Source of the DNA: Camelus ferus
Taxonomy: Eukaryota
DNA: 64,000 nucleotides
Assembly: GCF_009834535.1 (NCBI RefSeq)
Contig: NC_045696.1
Coordinates: 8,496,001-8,560,000 of the forward strand
Direction: 5' to 3'
In this document: positions 11,941-24,290 of the stretch, in pieces
Position numbering within the stretch: the first letter of the stretch is position 1
Layout of the letters: each line of letters opens with the position of its first letter
Position numbers and translations under genes: made by a program
The notes under the pieces: model-generated
Told to the model about the DNA's origin: nothing
Databases searched by the model: none
Seen by the model: the letters and a program-made list of their open reading frames with translations, nothing else

Positions 11941-13295
11941 TCCCCCCTTTTTTTTTTTTTTGGTGAAGGGGTATTCTTTTTGAATATAAATGCTCATAAA
12001 AGCAAGTTCAATTTAGAGCATCTTATTGACTATTTCCAAGAATTGTCCTTAGCATGGTGACTACTGGGGAGAAAATCTTCTTGAGCTCAGGCTGGGATCT
12101 GGTTAATTTAGGGGGTCAGACTGGCTTATAGCTCTAGTCTCTTGAAATTCCCTTCAAGCTCCAAGCCCACGGTGTTTTGAAATCCAAAAGCTCTTTCTGC
12201 CCTTTCCGTTTGACTCTGGAGCATATGTTTTCTTAAATCCACATTTTAAAGGTATTTTAGGAGGGAGAGGGAGAGGCCTAATTACTTCCTTTTTTCCTTC
12301 CAAATTCCTGTTCTTGGAGCCGCAATTAGGTAATGAAGCACTTCGCTACCTTGCAAATCGATGTGACCTCATCATATCCTGAAATGGAAAGAGAGAAACC
12401 AAAAGGTCCATGAGTTCTGATTCTTTGGCCCTTTGACTTGACAAGGAGGCAAAGCTTGAAACCCCCTGTTCCTTAATGGAGGAGGAAACAAAGAAAAATA
12501 AAGGAGGAAAAGGAGAATCAGGAAAAGTTAAAGAGCAGAGAAAATAATTTTGCAAATAAAAATAAAAATCAGGCTTGGGATTTAGGAAATTGTGCTTTGT
12601 TTCATTAAATGACACTTTTCTAAGGAGAACAATGAGAGCTCATACATGGTTATTCTGTGATGAAACCCTTCTTATCACTTCATTCCCCCCAGCACCTGGC
12701 TCACTCTGACAGCCGTCTGCGAGATTCATTGTCAAGATCAGACTCCTGAGAACATATGGTACATTTGGCTCCCTACCTCAATATTTTTAGGATTTTCTCC
12801 TTTCTTTTTGTTTCTTTGTGAGTGCAGACTTAATAGCATTTTAATGCCATTTATGACTCAGACTACTTGTTTTTTTTTTCCTCTTTGAAACAAAGACTAT
12901 GATCAAATCATGCAAGAGGGTGCCAGGTAGATTATAGGAATTCATTCCCATCTTGCTTGAATAAATTGTCCACCCCTTGCAGTGTGTTTACCAATTTTCT
13001 CTGTTCTGAAGGCAGATGTCATGGAGTCATTTCTAAATTGACTCTCAGGAGAGCAGGAGGCACAGAGAGGTCATATCCTAGGGTAGAGTGAGTTTAGAGA
13101 AAAGAGGAGCAAAGGTCAGGGCTTTGTGCTGCTGGGGTTTTCAGTGTGGGACATCAGATTTGTTTGGGATTTCTGCTCCATGCCTTGAAATGACTGGCCT
13201 AGAAGTCTGATCAGGCTTCTACTTCCCCTCACTCTGTTGGGAGCTTCTCTTCATTGGGAGCCCTAACAAATGTCAATCCATACAGAATCTAGAAG

Positions 13296-13824
13296 ATGGT
13301 AGATTGCAAACATGGCCACAGTCCTTTACTTGTCCCCGTATCTGTGTTCCCTGTAACAAGACTGTGCAACTCTCCCATTAAGGGGTGGCGTCAGAGTCAG
13401 TTTCTCCTACTTTTGAATCTGGGCTGCTCTGTGACTTGCTTTAACTAATAGAACCCAGCAGAAGTGAGGTGTGCCATCTCTGAGCCTAGAACAAGAGCTC
13501 AAAATATCTCATACCTGGCTATTCTTTCTTGGAACCCTGCCCAGATCCCCTGTTGATAAGACCAGGGTTGTCTGTTGGAGGATGAGTGACCACATGGAGC
13601 AAAGGTAGGATATCTCAGCAGAGACCATCCAAAACTAGCCAGTCTCTGGCTAACATGGCAGCTAAGCACACATGCATGAATGAGCACAGGCAAAGTCAGG
13701 GGACGCATCTAACTGAGCCCAGCCTAAATTGTTGACCTAATGAATCATAAGCTAAATAAGTGGTTGTTGCTTTAAGCTACTAAATTTTGGTGTGGTTTGT
13801 TATGCAGCAGAGCTAACTGATACA
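13296..13824 (+). mobile_element. MaLR LTR (MLT1H-like), near full length
   Basis: Starts TGGTAGATTGCAAACATGGCCACA, contains GTGACTTGCTTTAACTAATAGAA, and ends TTTAAGCTACTAAATTTTGGTGTGGTTTGTTATGCAGCAGAGCTAACTGATACA. Confidence 0.85.
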
Positions 13825-14565
13825 CTGCCTGGAAATATAATCACATTTTATGTTTTTTGTGCACTTCTGTTGTTGATAACCCTTTGAGTGTCTCAACAAA
13901 TATTTATGTGTACAGAAAACCTAGCATTCTTACTGTCATTTATGCTGCTTGTGGCAGGGTGATCATTGCTAGTGGAGTCTATCATAAGTCAGTCTTTAAA
14001 ATCAACTTTAGGCTTCCTTCTTTGTAGTGCGAGATGTGAGATGCAATATTTTGTCCTTTACTTTGGATAGGATGTCCTGGGCCACTAAAACTTTTACTGA
14101 TATAGTAATTCTGACTTTTCATAGAGTTTATCTCTCATCCCCTGGAACACATGGATCTTACTAAGGCCTCCGGTGTACTAGGTACTACTTGCTCACCTGG
14201 CCAGACTAGAATGATGCTGTCAATACGATGTTCTATAGGATGTTCAGATGTCCAGCTCTCTTCAGACTTTATTATGACAGAAGGTAGAAGAGGTATCATA
14301 GTCTTGAGGCAAAACTGTAAAAGAATATTTTCGTTCTCTCAGTTTGAATGCAGTCTGTGATTTTCTTTTCTGATAGACCTTTACCAACTCCATGGCTACA
14401 TAGCATATCCCTGAGACCTATTAATCTCCCCAACAAAGACCCCATGTCTGATGTGGCAGCAGCACTTGGGGCTACTACTTTGTTGAGTCTGAGTAATCTG
14501 CTGTCATCCTCCAGGATCCATCTGGCTTCTTCAGGGACCAGATTGATGAATTAAAAAGAGATATG

Positions 14566-15153
14566 CCAGGGGGAACACTAATTCGAAAAGACACATACAC
14601 CCCAGTGTTCACAGCAGCACTATTCACAATAGCCAAGACATGGAAACAACCTAAAAGTCCATTGACAGATAAATGGATAAAGAAGATGTGGTGTTTATAT
14701 ACAATGGAATACTACTCAGCCACAAAAAAGAATGAAGTAAAGCCTTTTACAGTCATGTGGATGGACCTGGAGATGGTCATACTATGTGAAGTAATCTAGA
14801 AAGAGAAAGAAAAATACCATATGATAGCACTTATATGTGAAATCTAAAAAAGACACAAATAAACTTATTTACAAAACAGGAACAGACTCACAGATGTAGA
14901 AAACAAATTTATGGTTACCAGAGAGGGAAAGGGGTGGGAGGGGATAAATTGGGAGCTCGAGATTTGCAGATACACACTGCTATATATAAAATAGATACGC
15001 ACATTTATACTGTACAGCACAGGGAACTATATTCAATATCTTGTAGTAACCTGTAATGAAAAAGAATATGAAATGGAGTATATGTATGACTGAAACAGTG
15101 TGCTGTGCACCAGAACTTGACACCGCATTGTAAACTGACTAGACTTCAATTAA
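14566..15153 (+). mobile_element. Young 5'-truncated L1 (ORF2 C-terminus and 3' UTR) with target-site duplication
   Basis: ORF 14563-14799 reads [31 protein letters not shown] (L1 ORF2 C-terminus). TSD is AAAAAGAGATATG (14553-14565) / AAAAGGAGATATG (15154-15166), at a TT|AAAA endonuclease site. Confidence 0.95.
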
Positions 15154-15800
15154 AAAAGGAGATATGAAAGGGCCAACAACCCCTGTTTCCTTTAGATCTT
15201 TGAGGATAGAAATAATCCTGCTATCCTCCCCTGGTATGTGTTATTTTATTTTATTTTTTTTATTTAGTGTTATACTTGGGCAGATGGGAGGTGGCAGTTT
15301 CAGAAGTCTGGGGAAACAGAAGGAGGACCAGAGTAAGGGCAGTGTCCTTCTTAGGAGGACATCTGGGCAGTGCATCACTGTCTCAGCACTTCCTGTGCCA
15401 GACTTCTCCAGAAAACTGACTAGCGAATGGACTGAGATGAGACTCTTTGGAACAAGGAATTCTGATTTCTTGGATTTGGAGAATGCAAAGTCTATAATTA
15501 AGGCTTTAAGTCTGATGTTGTAACCCCACCCTGGTGCTTGCTCTGCTCACTGATATGAATGCATGTTTACCAGCCCTACAAACAGATGCTATCCTTACAG
15601 AGTTGCCTGTACTAACTTTCTTATTCCTTGACTCCTCCTCCACATGTTATCCCACTGAGCTCTGACACTGCCCTTACTCAGCTCCTCTTTCTGTTCAAAA
15701 ACCCGGTGGACACTTTTCAGTCCCTACATAATGTGATGGAAATCCTATTTTTCTAACAACCGTCAGTGGAATTTCTCATAGGAAGGGATTTGTCCTTGCT

Positions 15801-16279
15801 TGGTAGAGCTGGCGGAATAATGCCCCCCATCCTGCCTTAGATGTCCCCACCCTAATCCCAGAACCTGTGAATATGTTATATTACATGGCAAAAGGGAATG
15901 AAGATTGCAGGTGGAATTAAGATTGCTAATCAGATGACCATGAGATGGGGAGATTATCCCGGATTATCTGAATGGGTCCAGTGTGATCACATGGGAGGGA
16001 GGAAGTCAGAGTTAGAGAGAGTGGTTGGAAGATGCCGTACTGCTGTCTTTGAAAATAGAAGAAGGGGCCACAGGCCAAGGAATGCAGGCAGTCACCAGAG
16101 CTGGAAAAGGCAAGGAAACATTCTCTTCTAGAGACTCCGGAAGGAATGCAGCACTGCCAACAATGTGATTTTGGCCCAGGGAGACCCAATGTAGACTTCT
16201 GAACTCCAGAATTATAAAATAATAAATTTGTGTTGTCACTGAGTTTAATTTGTTGCAGCAACCATAGGAAACTAATACT
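15801..16279 (+). mobile_element. MaLR LTR MLT1D
   Basis: GAATAATGCCCCC..CTAATCCCAGAACCTGTGAATATGTTATATTACATGGCAAAAGGGA..GGAATTAAGATTGCTAATCAG..GCAACCATAGGAAACTAATAC. Confidence 0.9.
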
Positions 16280-16699
16280 CTTGGAAGCACATTTTGAGTT
16301 ACAGCTTTGGGGCAGAGGATAAGGAAGAATATAAATGTATGCCGGCCAGAAGGAGAAACCTTTGTCTGGGGAGGAGGAGAGAGGAGGCTTGGCAAGGAAG
16401 AGGCTGGCCAAGCCTGGTGCAGTGGGAGGTGAAAGGCTGGACCACTGACCTCGTCTCCATTGCCACCCTGATGATATCTGTCTCTGGGGACCACTCTCTC
16501 CTACTCCTTTTCTCCTTGGCTTTGTGCCATGCCCACACCTGCAGGAGGAGACATCTTACTGGAACTTGACCACATTCATCATTCCCTGGTAAATCTTCTT
16601 GGGCCTTCCCCAGTCTAACCAGAATGACCAGCTCTGTGGACCCAAAGACCCCTCCGTCACTACATTTGTATTGGACTGCCTCCTGTCTCTGACTTCCAT

Positions 16700-16830
16700 A
16701 CCCTGCTGAGGGCTCCTTGAGACGGGTCTTCATCATTTAGGCTGCCAGATTTTAGCACAGTGCCTGTACATGGCAGATGCTGAGGAAGTCTTTGTCAAAT
16801 GAATAAATGAATGGATGGATGGATGGAGTC
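16700..16830 (+). mobile_element. L2 3' end with (TGAA/TGGA)n tail
   Basis: TAGCACAGTGCCTGTACATGGCAGATGCT..AAATGAATAAATGAATGGATGGATGGA. Confidence 0.7.
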
Positions 16831-17174
16831 TGAATTCAACCATGAAAACGGCTGATGAAGGATTTGGATCTGGGACTTAAGGTGGGCAGTTGGCATCCAT
16901 GGGCTCCTATGACCAAGGCCTGTTATGAGAGATCCTTTTCTGAAGCCCAGCATCTGTCCCCATGGGCTTGCCCCTGATGGTCGTGACGGTGCCACACAGG
17001 AGCTCAGCTTCCAAATAAGGGAGGGGAATGTCTGCTGGAAATTCTGTAGATCTGTGGTGTAGAGATGGGGCCGGGGTGGGAGACTGGAGCTAGACAAGAG
17101 ATCCAGTGTGATTGCTGGTCACTTTTTTACCAAAAACCAATTTCTCTTTGGAATCGGGGACAACTTATTTAAGC

Positions 17175-17714
17175 TGTATTAGAGGTTGAATTGAGTGCCC
17201 TAAAATTCATGTGTTTAGTTCTAACCTTTAGGGCCTCAGAAATGTGACATTATTTGGAAATTGAGTCTTTTCTTTTCATTCTGAATGAATTTCATTCATT
17301 CATATTGGATATTTATTTGTTTCATTTTAAAAATTTATTATTTGTTATACAGGTTTTAAAAGTGACACTCCATTTACAGTTATTATGAAATATTGGCTCT
17401 ATTCCCCGTGTTGCATAATACATCCTTGTGTCCTATCTTATACCCAGTAGTTTGTGCCTCCCACTCTCTGCAGGCTGAGTCTTTACAGAGGTCATCAAAG
17501 TTACAATGACATCATTTGGGTGGGCCCTAATCCAGTTACTGGTGTCCTGATTAAAAGGAGAAATTTCAAGTGTAGGAAAGGCCCTCAGAAGGAACCCACC
17601 TGCTGACACCGTGACTTTGGACTCTGCCAGCAGAGCTGTGAGACCATGCGATTCTGTTGCTTTGACCTGTCAAGCCGTGGTCCTTTGTCACGGCAGCCAA
17701 AGGAAAGTAAAGCA
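17175..17714 (+). mobile_element. MaLR LTR (MLT1B-like) interrupted by an L1 3' fragment
   Basis: GGTTGAATT..CCTCAGAAATGTGAC..ATTTGGAAATTGAGTCTTT, then after the insert ACAGAGGTCATCAA..GGGTGGGCCCTAATCCA..GCAGCCAAAGGAAAGTAAAGCA. Confidence 0.85.
17271..17475 (-). mobile_element. Short L1 3'-end insertion nested in MLT1
   Basis: ACTCCATTTACAGTTATTATGAAATATTGGCTCTATTCCCCGTGTTG..TAGTTTGTGCCTC is an antisense L1 3' UTR, flanked by the direct repeat TGAGTCTTT (17262-17270, 17476-17484). Confidence 0.8.
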
Positions 17715-19460
17715 AGTTGGATAACTGAACGTGTACATTCACTTCCAGAAACGTGTGCTCATTCCTAGGAAAGCTGAGGGTTCTCAATCACCGGAGCTAA
17801 ATGCGAAGGTGGACCTTCGCATCCCCTTTCTGTTTGTGATTGAGGTTAAAAATCAAAGTTCCCACCTTTGTTGGTTGTGCTGATAGCGGCCGGGGCCAAG
17901 GGGAAGCCGTGGGAGGTAGAAGGTCCGGGAAGAGCAACGTATTACAGTGTGGATTTTCTGAGAAGAGGAATTAAAGGTACATAATCTCATTTTCTGCAAA
18001 CACAAGAAATGATTGTAGGGCCCCAACTTCTGGAAAATAAGATGCTTCTGTGAATGTCTACAAACATAAACAAAGTTAAAGAGCAGGTTATAAATGGGGC
18101 CTGTGCCTGGGGACCATGACTCTGACACAGGTTGTGTCTCTAACTAGATTCCCCCAGCTCTGCCCTCCCCTGTTTGTATGACGTCCTCATTTTTCCAGCA
18201 TCTCTCTGCCTCAATGGCTCCAAAGGCAGAACCTAGGAAAGGAAATCAAGGTTTCTTCTCTTTGTTCTGAAACATTTTGGAAAGACATCTTAATGAAAGA
18301 AAGTTTACAAAATGCATTGTTAAGTGTTTACAAGTGATGGTTTTTTTCCTCCCTTCTGCAAAACGATTTCATTTACTTAATAGAATATTTTATCAATGCC
18401 TGACGCTGCGCTGACCTAGAGAGCTTGGCCTGTTAGTGACTGTCAGTGCTGCCATCTCACTGTGACCCTTGTTTAGGGAGAGACATTCTGTTCAACGTGT
18501 CATAAGGGAAGTTCATTTCCATTCATGCAGGTCCCCAATTCATCTCCCTCTGTGAAAGCACTGAGGATGAATAACACTGCCTTAATTAAGGCTGTAGATG
18601 GGTAATTGTGCTGGGAAATGCTAAATTATAAATGCTAGGAGGCTAGATGTGGGATGGGGCAGAAGGAAAGATGAGAGTAGGTCAAAGTGTGCGCATTTAG
18701 GAAGGGGTGGCAGCTCTGGTAGATTTGCAGGGAACGAGGGTCATAGGCAGGTGCCCCAGGGTTCCAATGGGATGAATTACACTGTGGAGCAGCGGCATTA
18801 GAGGTCAGGTTACAGTGACTACTAAGGGCAGCCTGGAGGCAAGGGAGCAAGCAGCCAGCGCCAGGACACAGCTCACGTTTCCAAGGCACCAGGTTTAGGT
18901 TCACCTGGGCAGGTAGGTGATGGAGAGATCTGATAAAAGGCAAGTGCCCATCCCTAGCCCCTAGGAACAGGGAAGGCAGTTTACCCTTCTGTGTTCGGAA
19001 TGATAAAGTATGTATTTCTGAGCAATGTCACCTTTGGGAAGGGACAAGAGGTGAAGGTGGACACAGACTTTCTGCCTCACCCACCCGGATGGGTGGCTCC
19101 ATGCAGGCGTCGGTCTGTGCTGACAGGTTATAGGATGAGCTCTTACCTGTGAGGCCAGCTGGAGTCCTCCCCGACAGGGGGTGCTCAGCGCAGACTCTGG
19201 AGCTGCAACCTATGGGGTTGCTTCTCCACTTACTCTAGAATCTGGGAAGAGTCTCCAAGGCTCTCTGTCTCACTTTACTCATCTGTGAAAAAGGAAGTAA
19301 TGCTATTCATTCCGCTTGTCCCCCAGTGTAAATAGGAACGCTAAACCTCAAATAATTTGAAGGTGGTTTTATGACATTGTTTTAGAGTTATAAAGGGAAG
19401 GAAGAATGGAAGGAGAAAAAGAGGGAGATAGGGAAGGGAAAGAAAGGAAGGAAGGAAGGA

Positions 19461-19819
19461 TGTCTTAGTCCATTCAGGTTGCTGTAACAAAAATGCTGGA
19501 ACCTGGGTGGCTTAGAAACAACAAAGATTTATTTTTCACAGTTCCTGGAGGCTGGGAAGTTCAAAGCCATGGTGCCCGTAGATTCAGTGTCTGATGAGGT
19601 CCATTTCCTAGACTTTGGTCTTTTCTCTGCAACCTCACATGGTGGAGGGGGCAGAGAGCTCTGTGGGGTCCCTCATAAAAAGGCGCTAATCCTATTCACC
19701 AGGGCTCCACCCTCGTGACCCGATCACCTCCCAAAGGCCTGACCTCTCAGTGCTATCACTTTGCAGATTAGGATTTCAACATATGAATCTGGGGGGACAT
19801 ACACACTCAGATCACAGCA
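19461..19819 (-). mobile_element. MaLR LTR MLT1A, full length
   Basis: TGTCTTAGTCCATTCAGGTTGCTGTAACAAAA..ACCTCACATGGTGGA..GGGCTCCACCCTCGTGACC..GGATTTCAACATATGAAT..CAGATCACAGCA; flanks AAGGA/AAGGG. Confidence 0.9.
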
Positions 19820-20643
19820 AAGGGGGGAAAAAAGAGGGAAGAAAAGGGAGGGAAGAAGGGAAAATGTAGGAAGAAAGGGAGGGAAGGACGGAGGGAGGGA
19901 GCAAGGAAAACAGTCACTTGAATCTCATCTTTGTGCTGAAATTTCTGAATTAATTCAGTGCAAGTTGGGTGCGCTGGGGAGTACAGGTAGAAACTCTCAA
20001 AATCTGTTTCTTGAATACTTAAGTCAGAGAAATGGTGCGTAGCACAGTCATCAAACTTATATCCTGTGTGAAAACCCCGAAATCCCAGTCTCTGGAAGTT
20101 TACTCGCTTTATGTGTCTTCATTTTCTTCGCTGTTGCTGTTGGCGGCAGCCACCCTTCACCAGTCAGGGTTCTTTTTAAAACTGCAGCGCTGTGCAATAT
20201 ACTGCAGCCACCGAGTCCTGGCCACAAAGCCCATCACAAAGCGTGGCGGAGCAGATCAGCAGAAAGAGGATACCTTTGAAAGATTCAGATGAACATTAAA
20301 TTAATCAACCAAAGCTCTGGGGGGAAATGGCCACTAATTTCAAATTTTTCATCTCTGGAAAATCAATTATTATTATGTTTATTGATGTTGTATTTGTCAC
20401 TATTTTCAGCCATTTCCCCTGATGACACAGGTTAAAATAAGAACATTGTTATAGAAGAGATTAGACATGTTCGATTCTGTTTCCAGACTTTCCGCCTTTC
20501 AGTTACCTGGGGTCTGGGAGAGAAATCAGCTGTCACGGGCCAAGGCCAGGCTTGCTCTCCTTTGTTCCTGTCTGAGGCACCCCTTTGGCCTCTATGAGAT
20601 TTTAAATAGTTAGTTAAACACCAGCTCATGCTTCTTGCCCTCT

Positions 20644-20700
20644 GGGCGGGATTTTGGGGACATGTGTATAAAATGAGCACTCCCTTTCCAGTCCAGCTGG
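20644..20700 (+). promoter_or_regulatory. Candidate TATA-box core promoter
   Basis: GC box GGGCGGGA at 20644, TATAAAA at 20667-20673, and pyrimidine-CA initiator-like sites at ~20690-20695. Confidence 0.4.
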
Positions 20701-20825
20701 TCTGGGGTTTGGAATTTGTTTCCTTCCCTCTCAAAGATTCTGAGGCCCTCTCTCTCAGCCTGAGGTTGAGTTTCCCATCGTCATCCTCACAGAAAGCGGC
20801 TTTCTGCTGCTGCATTGATCCCGAA

Positions 20826-20842
20826 ATGGCCCCGACTCACAG
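20826..20842 (+). CDS. Candidate coding part of a first exon (M-A-P-T-H-[R/S]); host gene not identified
   Basis: First ATG after the TATA-predicted start, in GAAATGG context (G at -3 and +4), followed 17 nt later by the donor CAG|GTGAGC. Confidence 0.3.
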
Positions 20843-21147
20843 GTGAGCGCGTTGATGCCAGCCTGGGCCCCTCCTTTCACACATAATGATCCATTCCCTA
20901 TCGAACGACTCTGGTCCTTCTTGGAGCACTTGGTGATTTGGAGTTCCCACAGCAGTGAGCAAGGCAGAGTTGTCAGCAAAATAATGAAATGCAGGTTGTT
21001 CTCTCAGTGGGTTGCAGATATATTTTTCATATGCAACTACGCAAAACTACAGTCATATGCGTGGCCTTTATAGAGCAGCAAAAGAATGATTCTAGAATCA
21101 CAGTCCAGGTTCCATCATGTTCCATTAGCTGGGAGAAATTGGTAGTG

Positions 21148-21318
<171 letters not shown>

Positions 21319-21425
21319 CTCCCAACACATGCCAGGCATTATGCAAAGCATTCTGGAAAAACACAAGATGAATTGGATCAAACTCTTCCTTCAATGAGAA
21401 CACAGTCTAGCAGTCTAGTGAGGAC
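21319..21425 (-). mobile_element. L2 3' end fragment
   Basis: ATGCCAGGCATTATGCAAAGCATT..ACACAAGATGAAT..CCTTCAATGAGAACACAGTCTAG. Confidence 0.65.
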
Positions 21426-21939
21426 ATTATATTGTTAAAATTTAGGGGGATATATATATATATATATATATCAATTTACTCCAAATCAAAATAAAATGAG
21501 AACAGTTTCTAAATGAAGCCTTCAGATGACAAAGGTATTTTTAAACCCTATATTGGCTTTGTCAGCTTGTTCTGACACATTTAGGTAACATGGAAGCTTA
21601 TAAAATAAGAATAAATGCCTCCTTTCTCCTCCAATCTCACCCCCCAGTGGTGGCTCTAGGTTAACTGTTTGGTTTGTGTTCTCCTCATATTTTTCATTTG
21701 CCTATAAAACATAAAAATAGGCACATATATGGTGGATATCTTAGCCACCATCTCATTCCTTCAAAGGACTGCCTAGTGTTCCAGATCTTGGATGTCCTAG
21801 AATTTATTTAACATTCTCTTGTTGGTAGACTTCTAAGTTATTGTCAGGTTTTTTGTGTTACTCTAAATGGATTATGAATAAGCAAGAACCTGCTATAGTA
21901 GGAATACTAGCATTGTAAGTGGTATCTAAGCAATGTTTT

Positions 21940-22170
21940 GTAGTTGACCATTGAAGCTTCCGCAGAGGAGTGATATGATGTAGGGTGTATTTTAGAAGGA
22001 TTTCAAGGTGGGGCTGAATTGGATTGAAGAGTGACTGCAAGCAAGGAGGACTATGCAATCATCTGGAGGAGAGATGCTGGAGATTTGAACTGGGGCTATG
22101 GTAGTGATAAAGGAGAGGAATGACTCTAGAATCACGGTCCAGATTCCATTAACTGTGAGAAATTGATGGT
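21940..22170 (-). mobile_element. L2 fragment
   Basis: GCAGAGGAGTGATATGAT..TTTAGAAGGATT..GGAGGACTATGCAATCATCTGGAGGAGAGATGCTGG..GAACTGGGGCTATGGTAGTG. Confidence 0.7.
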
Positions 22171-24111
22171 GAAGAAGAAGATATTAGTTCCTAATTATAA
22201 TTAGATCAAAAACTGCCGTCAATTCTTGATTTTCTAGTGGTGGCACCACTATGGCTAAGACACAGAAGACATCTGGGACATGCTTGTGTTTAGCTGATGG
22301 ATACTGAGTGTCCACTCTGGGGGTTGATCAGGTCTTGGAGAGACTGCCACCTGGGGTGGAGGCAGGAGGTTGAGACAGGCAGGCCAAATGGAGTTCTGGT
22401 CTCTCTTCTCTGCTGACATCAAAGGCAGCTCTTCTGCATTTTGGGTTCATTCTTCCCAGTTTATCAGTCAGCCAACAGTGAGTGCTTTCACTCGGCTGGG
22501 GAGGTAAACGGGTCCCAGGTCACTGCTCGGCCTTCACCATGGTTAATTCAACTTCAAATAATCAAGATTTGACTTTTTTTTTAGACCATAGTACTGACAG
22601 GAGCTGGTGACTGATTAGATACAGGAATAAAAGGAGAGTTAAAGATGGTTATGAGATTTCAAATTCAAATGAATGGGTATAATATATGGTGACATTAACC
22701 AAGAGAACTTGGAAAAGGGATCAGATTTTTTTATTTTTTTGGTGAAATCTGTTGGGGAAGAAATGTATTTAAATTTTAAAATGCAAGATGGACAGCATAC
22801 AATTGGAAACTGGAAATTTTGTGCTGGAACTCTGTAGAGAGTTGTCAGAGTCATCATCACACCAGTGATGGACTTCCCCCTGGAAAACTGTGAAGAAGTT
22901 GGTGGAAGCTCCTTGGTGAACAGTAGCATTTGGTTATGGGTAGATGAAAGAGTGGTCAGGAAGAGTTAACCCCAAAGCCAGAAGGGGCTGCAGTCAGAAG
23001 GAAGGTGCACTTGCCAGCATTAAATGCTGCGCTGGGGTTGACGGGGCGGTGCTGAGAAGGAGCCGTGGGGACTGCTGACTGAAGATGATTGATGCGATGT
23101 GGAGATGCGATGTGGAGCGCAGTTCTGGGGACGTGTCAGAGTGGCAGTGTGCTCTCTGTCTCCCCAGTGTTGTCATTCTGGCTTTAGAACTAAATCTTGT
23201 GATATGTGATGACGGTGATAAAAATGTTCATTCTTTTCAATTGAAAGCATTCTCCTTGAGGTTGTATTTGAATTGGCTTTTGGTTTTATTATTCTGAGGT
23301 TGTTTGTGGCAATGAAATGCCCAGCAACTGGTCGATGGCTTAGTTAGATATGGTCAGTGTTATAATATTAAGTGGTCAATGTTACAGTATTTTCCTTTCT
23401 TGGTAGAAAAGCAATAATATGTGGATTCATGGAAATGGCCCATCATTTGTTCAAATGTACCCTGTGACACCAACCACATCCCATAACTGGGAGCCTTGCA
23501 GGGTGGAAAAAGCCATGTCCTTCTTCTTTACAAACTGAAATGTTGGAAAAAGAAAAGATTGGATCTCCTGACTTTCTTCAACCAGAGATGGAAAGTTGAG
23601 TCATCAAGTGTGGGATTTTTCCAGCTGGGTCTGACAAAAGATTAGAAGCTATACCTGGCTTGCACTGTAAGAAATGAGCAAGACTTCTTACAGAAGTTTT
23701 GTGTGCACACAAGAGGGAAGGTTAGCCACACAAGTGCTCTCACCTTTAAGACTGTCAAATATTTGGGTTGATAACAAAACTTTGAGCCATAGATGAATGA
23801 AGTATGATAATACATGCTTCTAATGAACTGGCAATATTATGAATATCTAATAAAATGTTAAGGATTTCTCTATTCTGAGTAGAACACATTGAACCTTGCT
23901 GGATCATAATGTGCACTTATTAGATTTTGAAACTATTTCAACTGTTTATCAATTAATGTCATTTAAAGGACTTATTTTAAAAGCAAACTCAAATGCACAA
24001 ATAAAGAATTTCACTCGGTAGTAAATTTCAGTGAAATTCACTTTCTGGGTTCAAAATGTATTTTTTAGATATTCTGGTACTGTGGGATTCTCTAGGAATA
24101 TAATCAGATAT

Positions 24112-24290
24112 TTGAATCATAAGCTGTTAAAATTGAGAAAGGGTATTAGAAGCTATCTCGTAACCCATTCTCTTAGAGGAAACTGAAGCTCACAGAAAGG
24201 GGGGGACTGGGTCAATATCACATAGGTAGTGGTCAAAATTCAGCTCTCTTGACTCTCAGTCCAGTGCCCTTTTCAAAGCACTGTGATGTC
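24112..24290 (-). mobile_element. MIR (MIR3/MIRc-like)
   Basis: GAGGAAACTGAAGCTCACAGAAAGG..ATCACATAGGTAG..CTCTTGACTCTCAGTCCAGTGCCCTTTTC. Confidence 0.7.

Noticed and set aside
14563..14799. ORFs with protein-like sequence (also 43793-44008 and 63576-63872)
   Set aside because: These are L1 ORF2 C-terminal remnants in truncated elements, not host genes
15898..16736. Cluster of overlapping 77-161 aa ORFs
   Set aside because: They largely overlap the MLT1D LTR and adjacent DNA, with no coding signature
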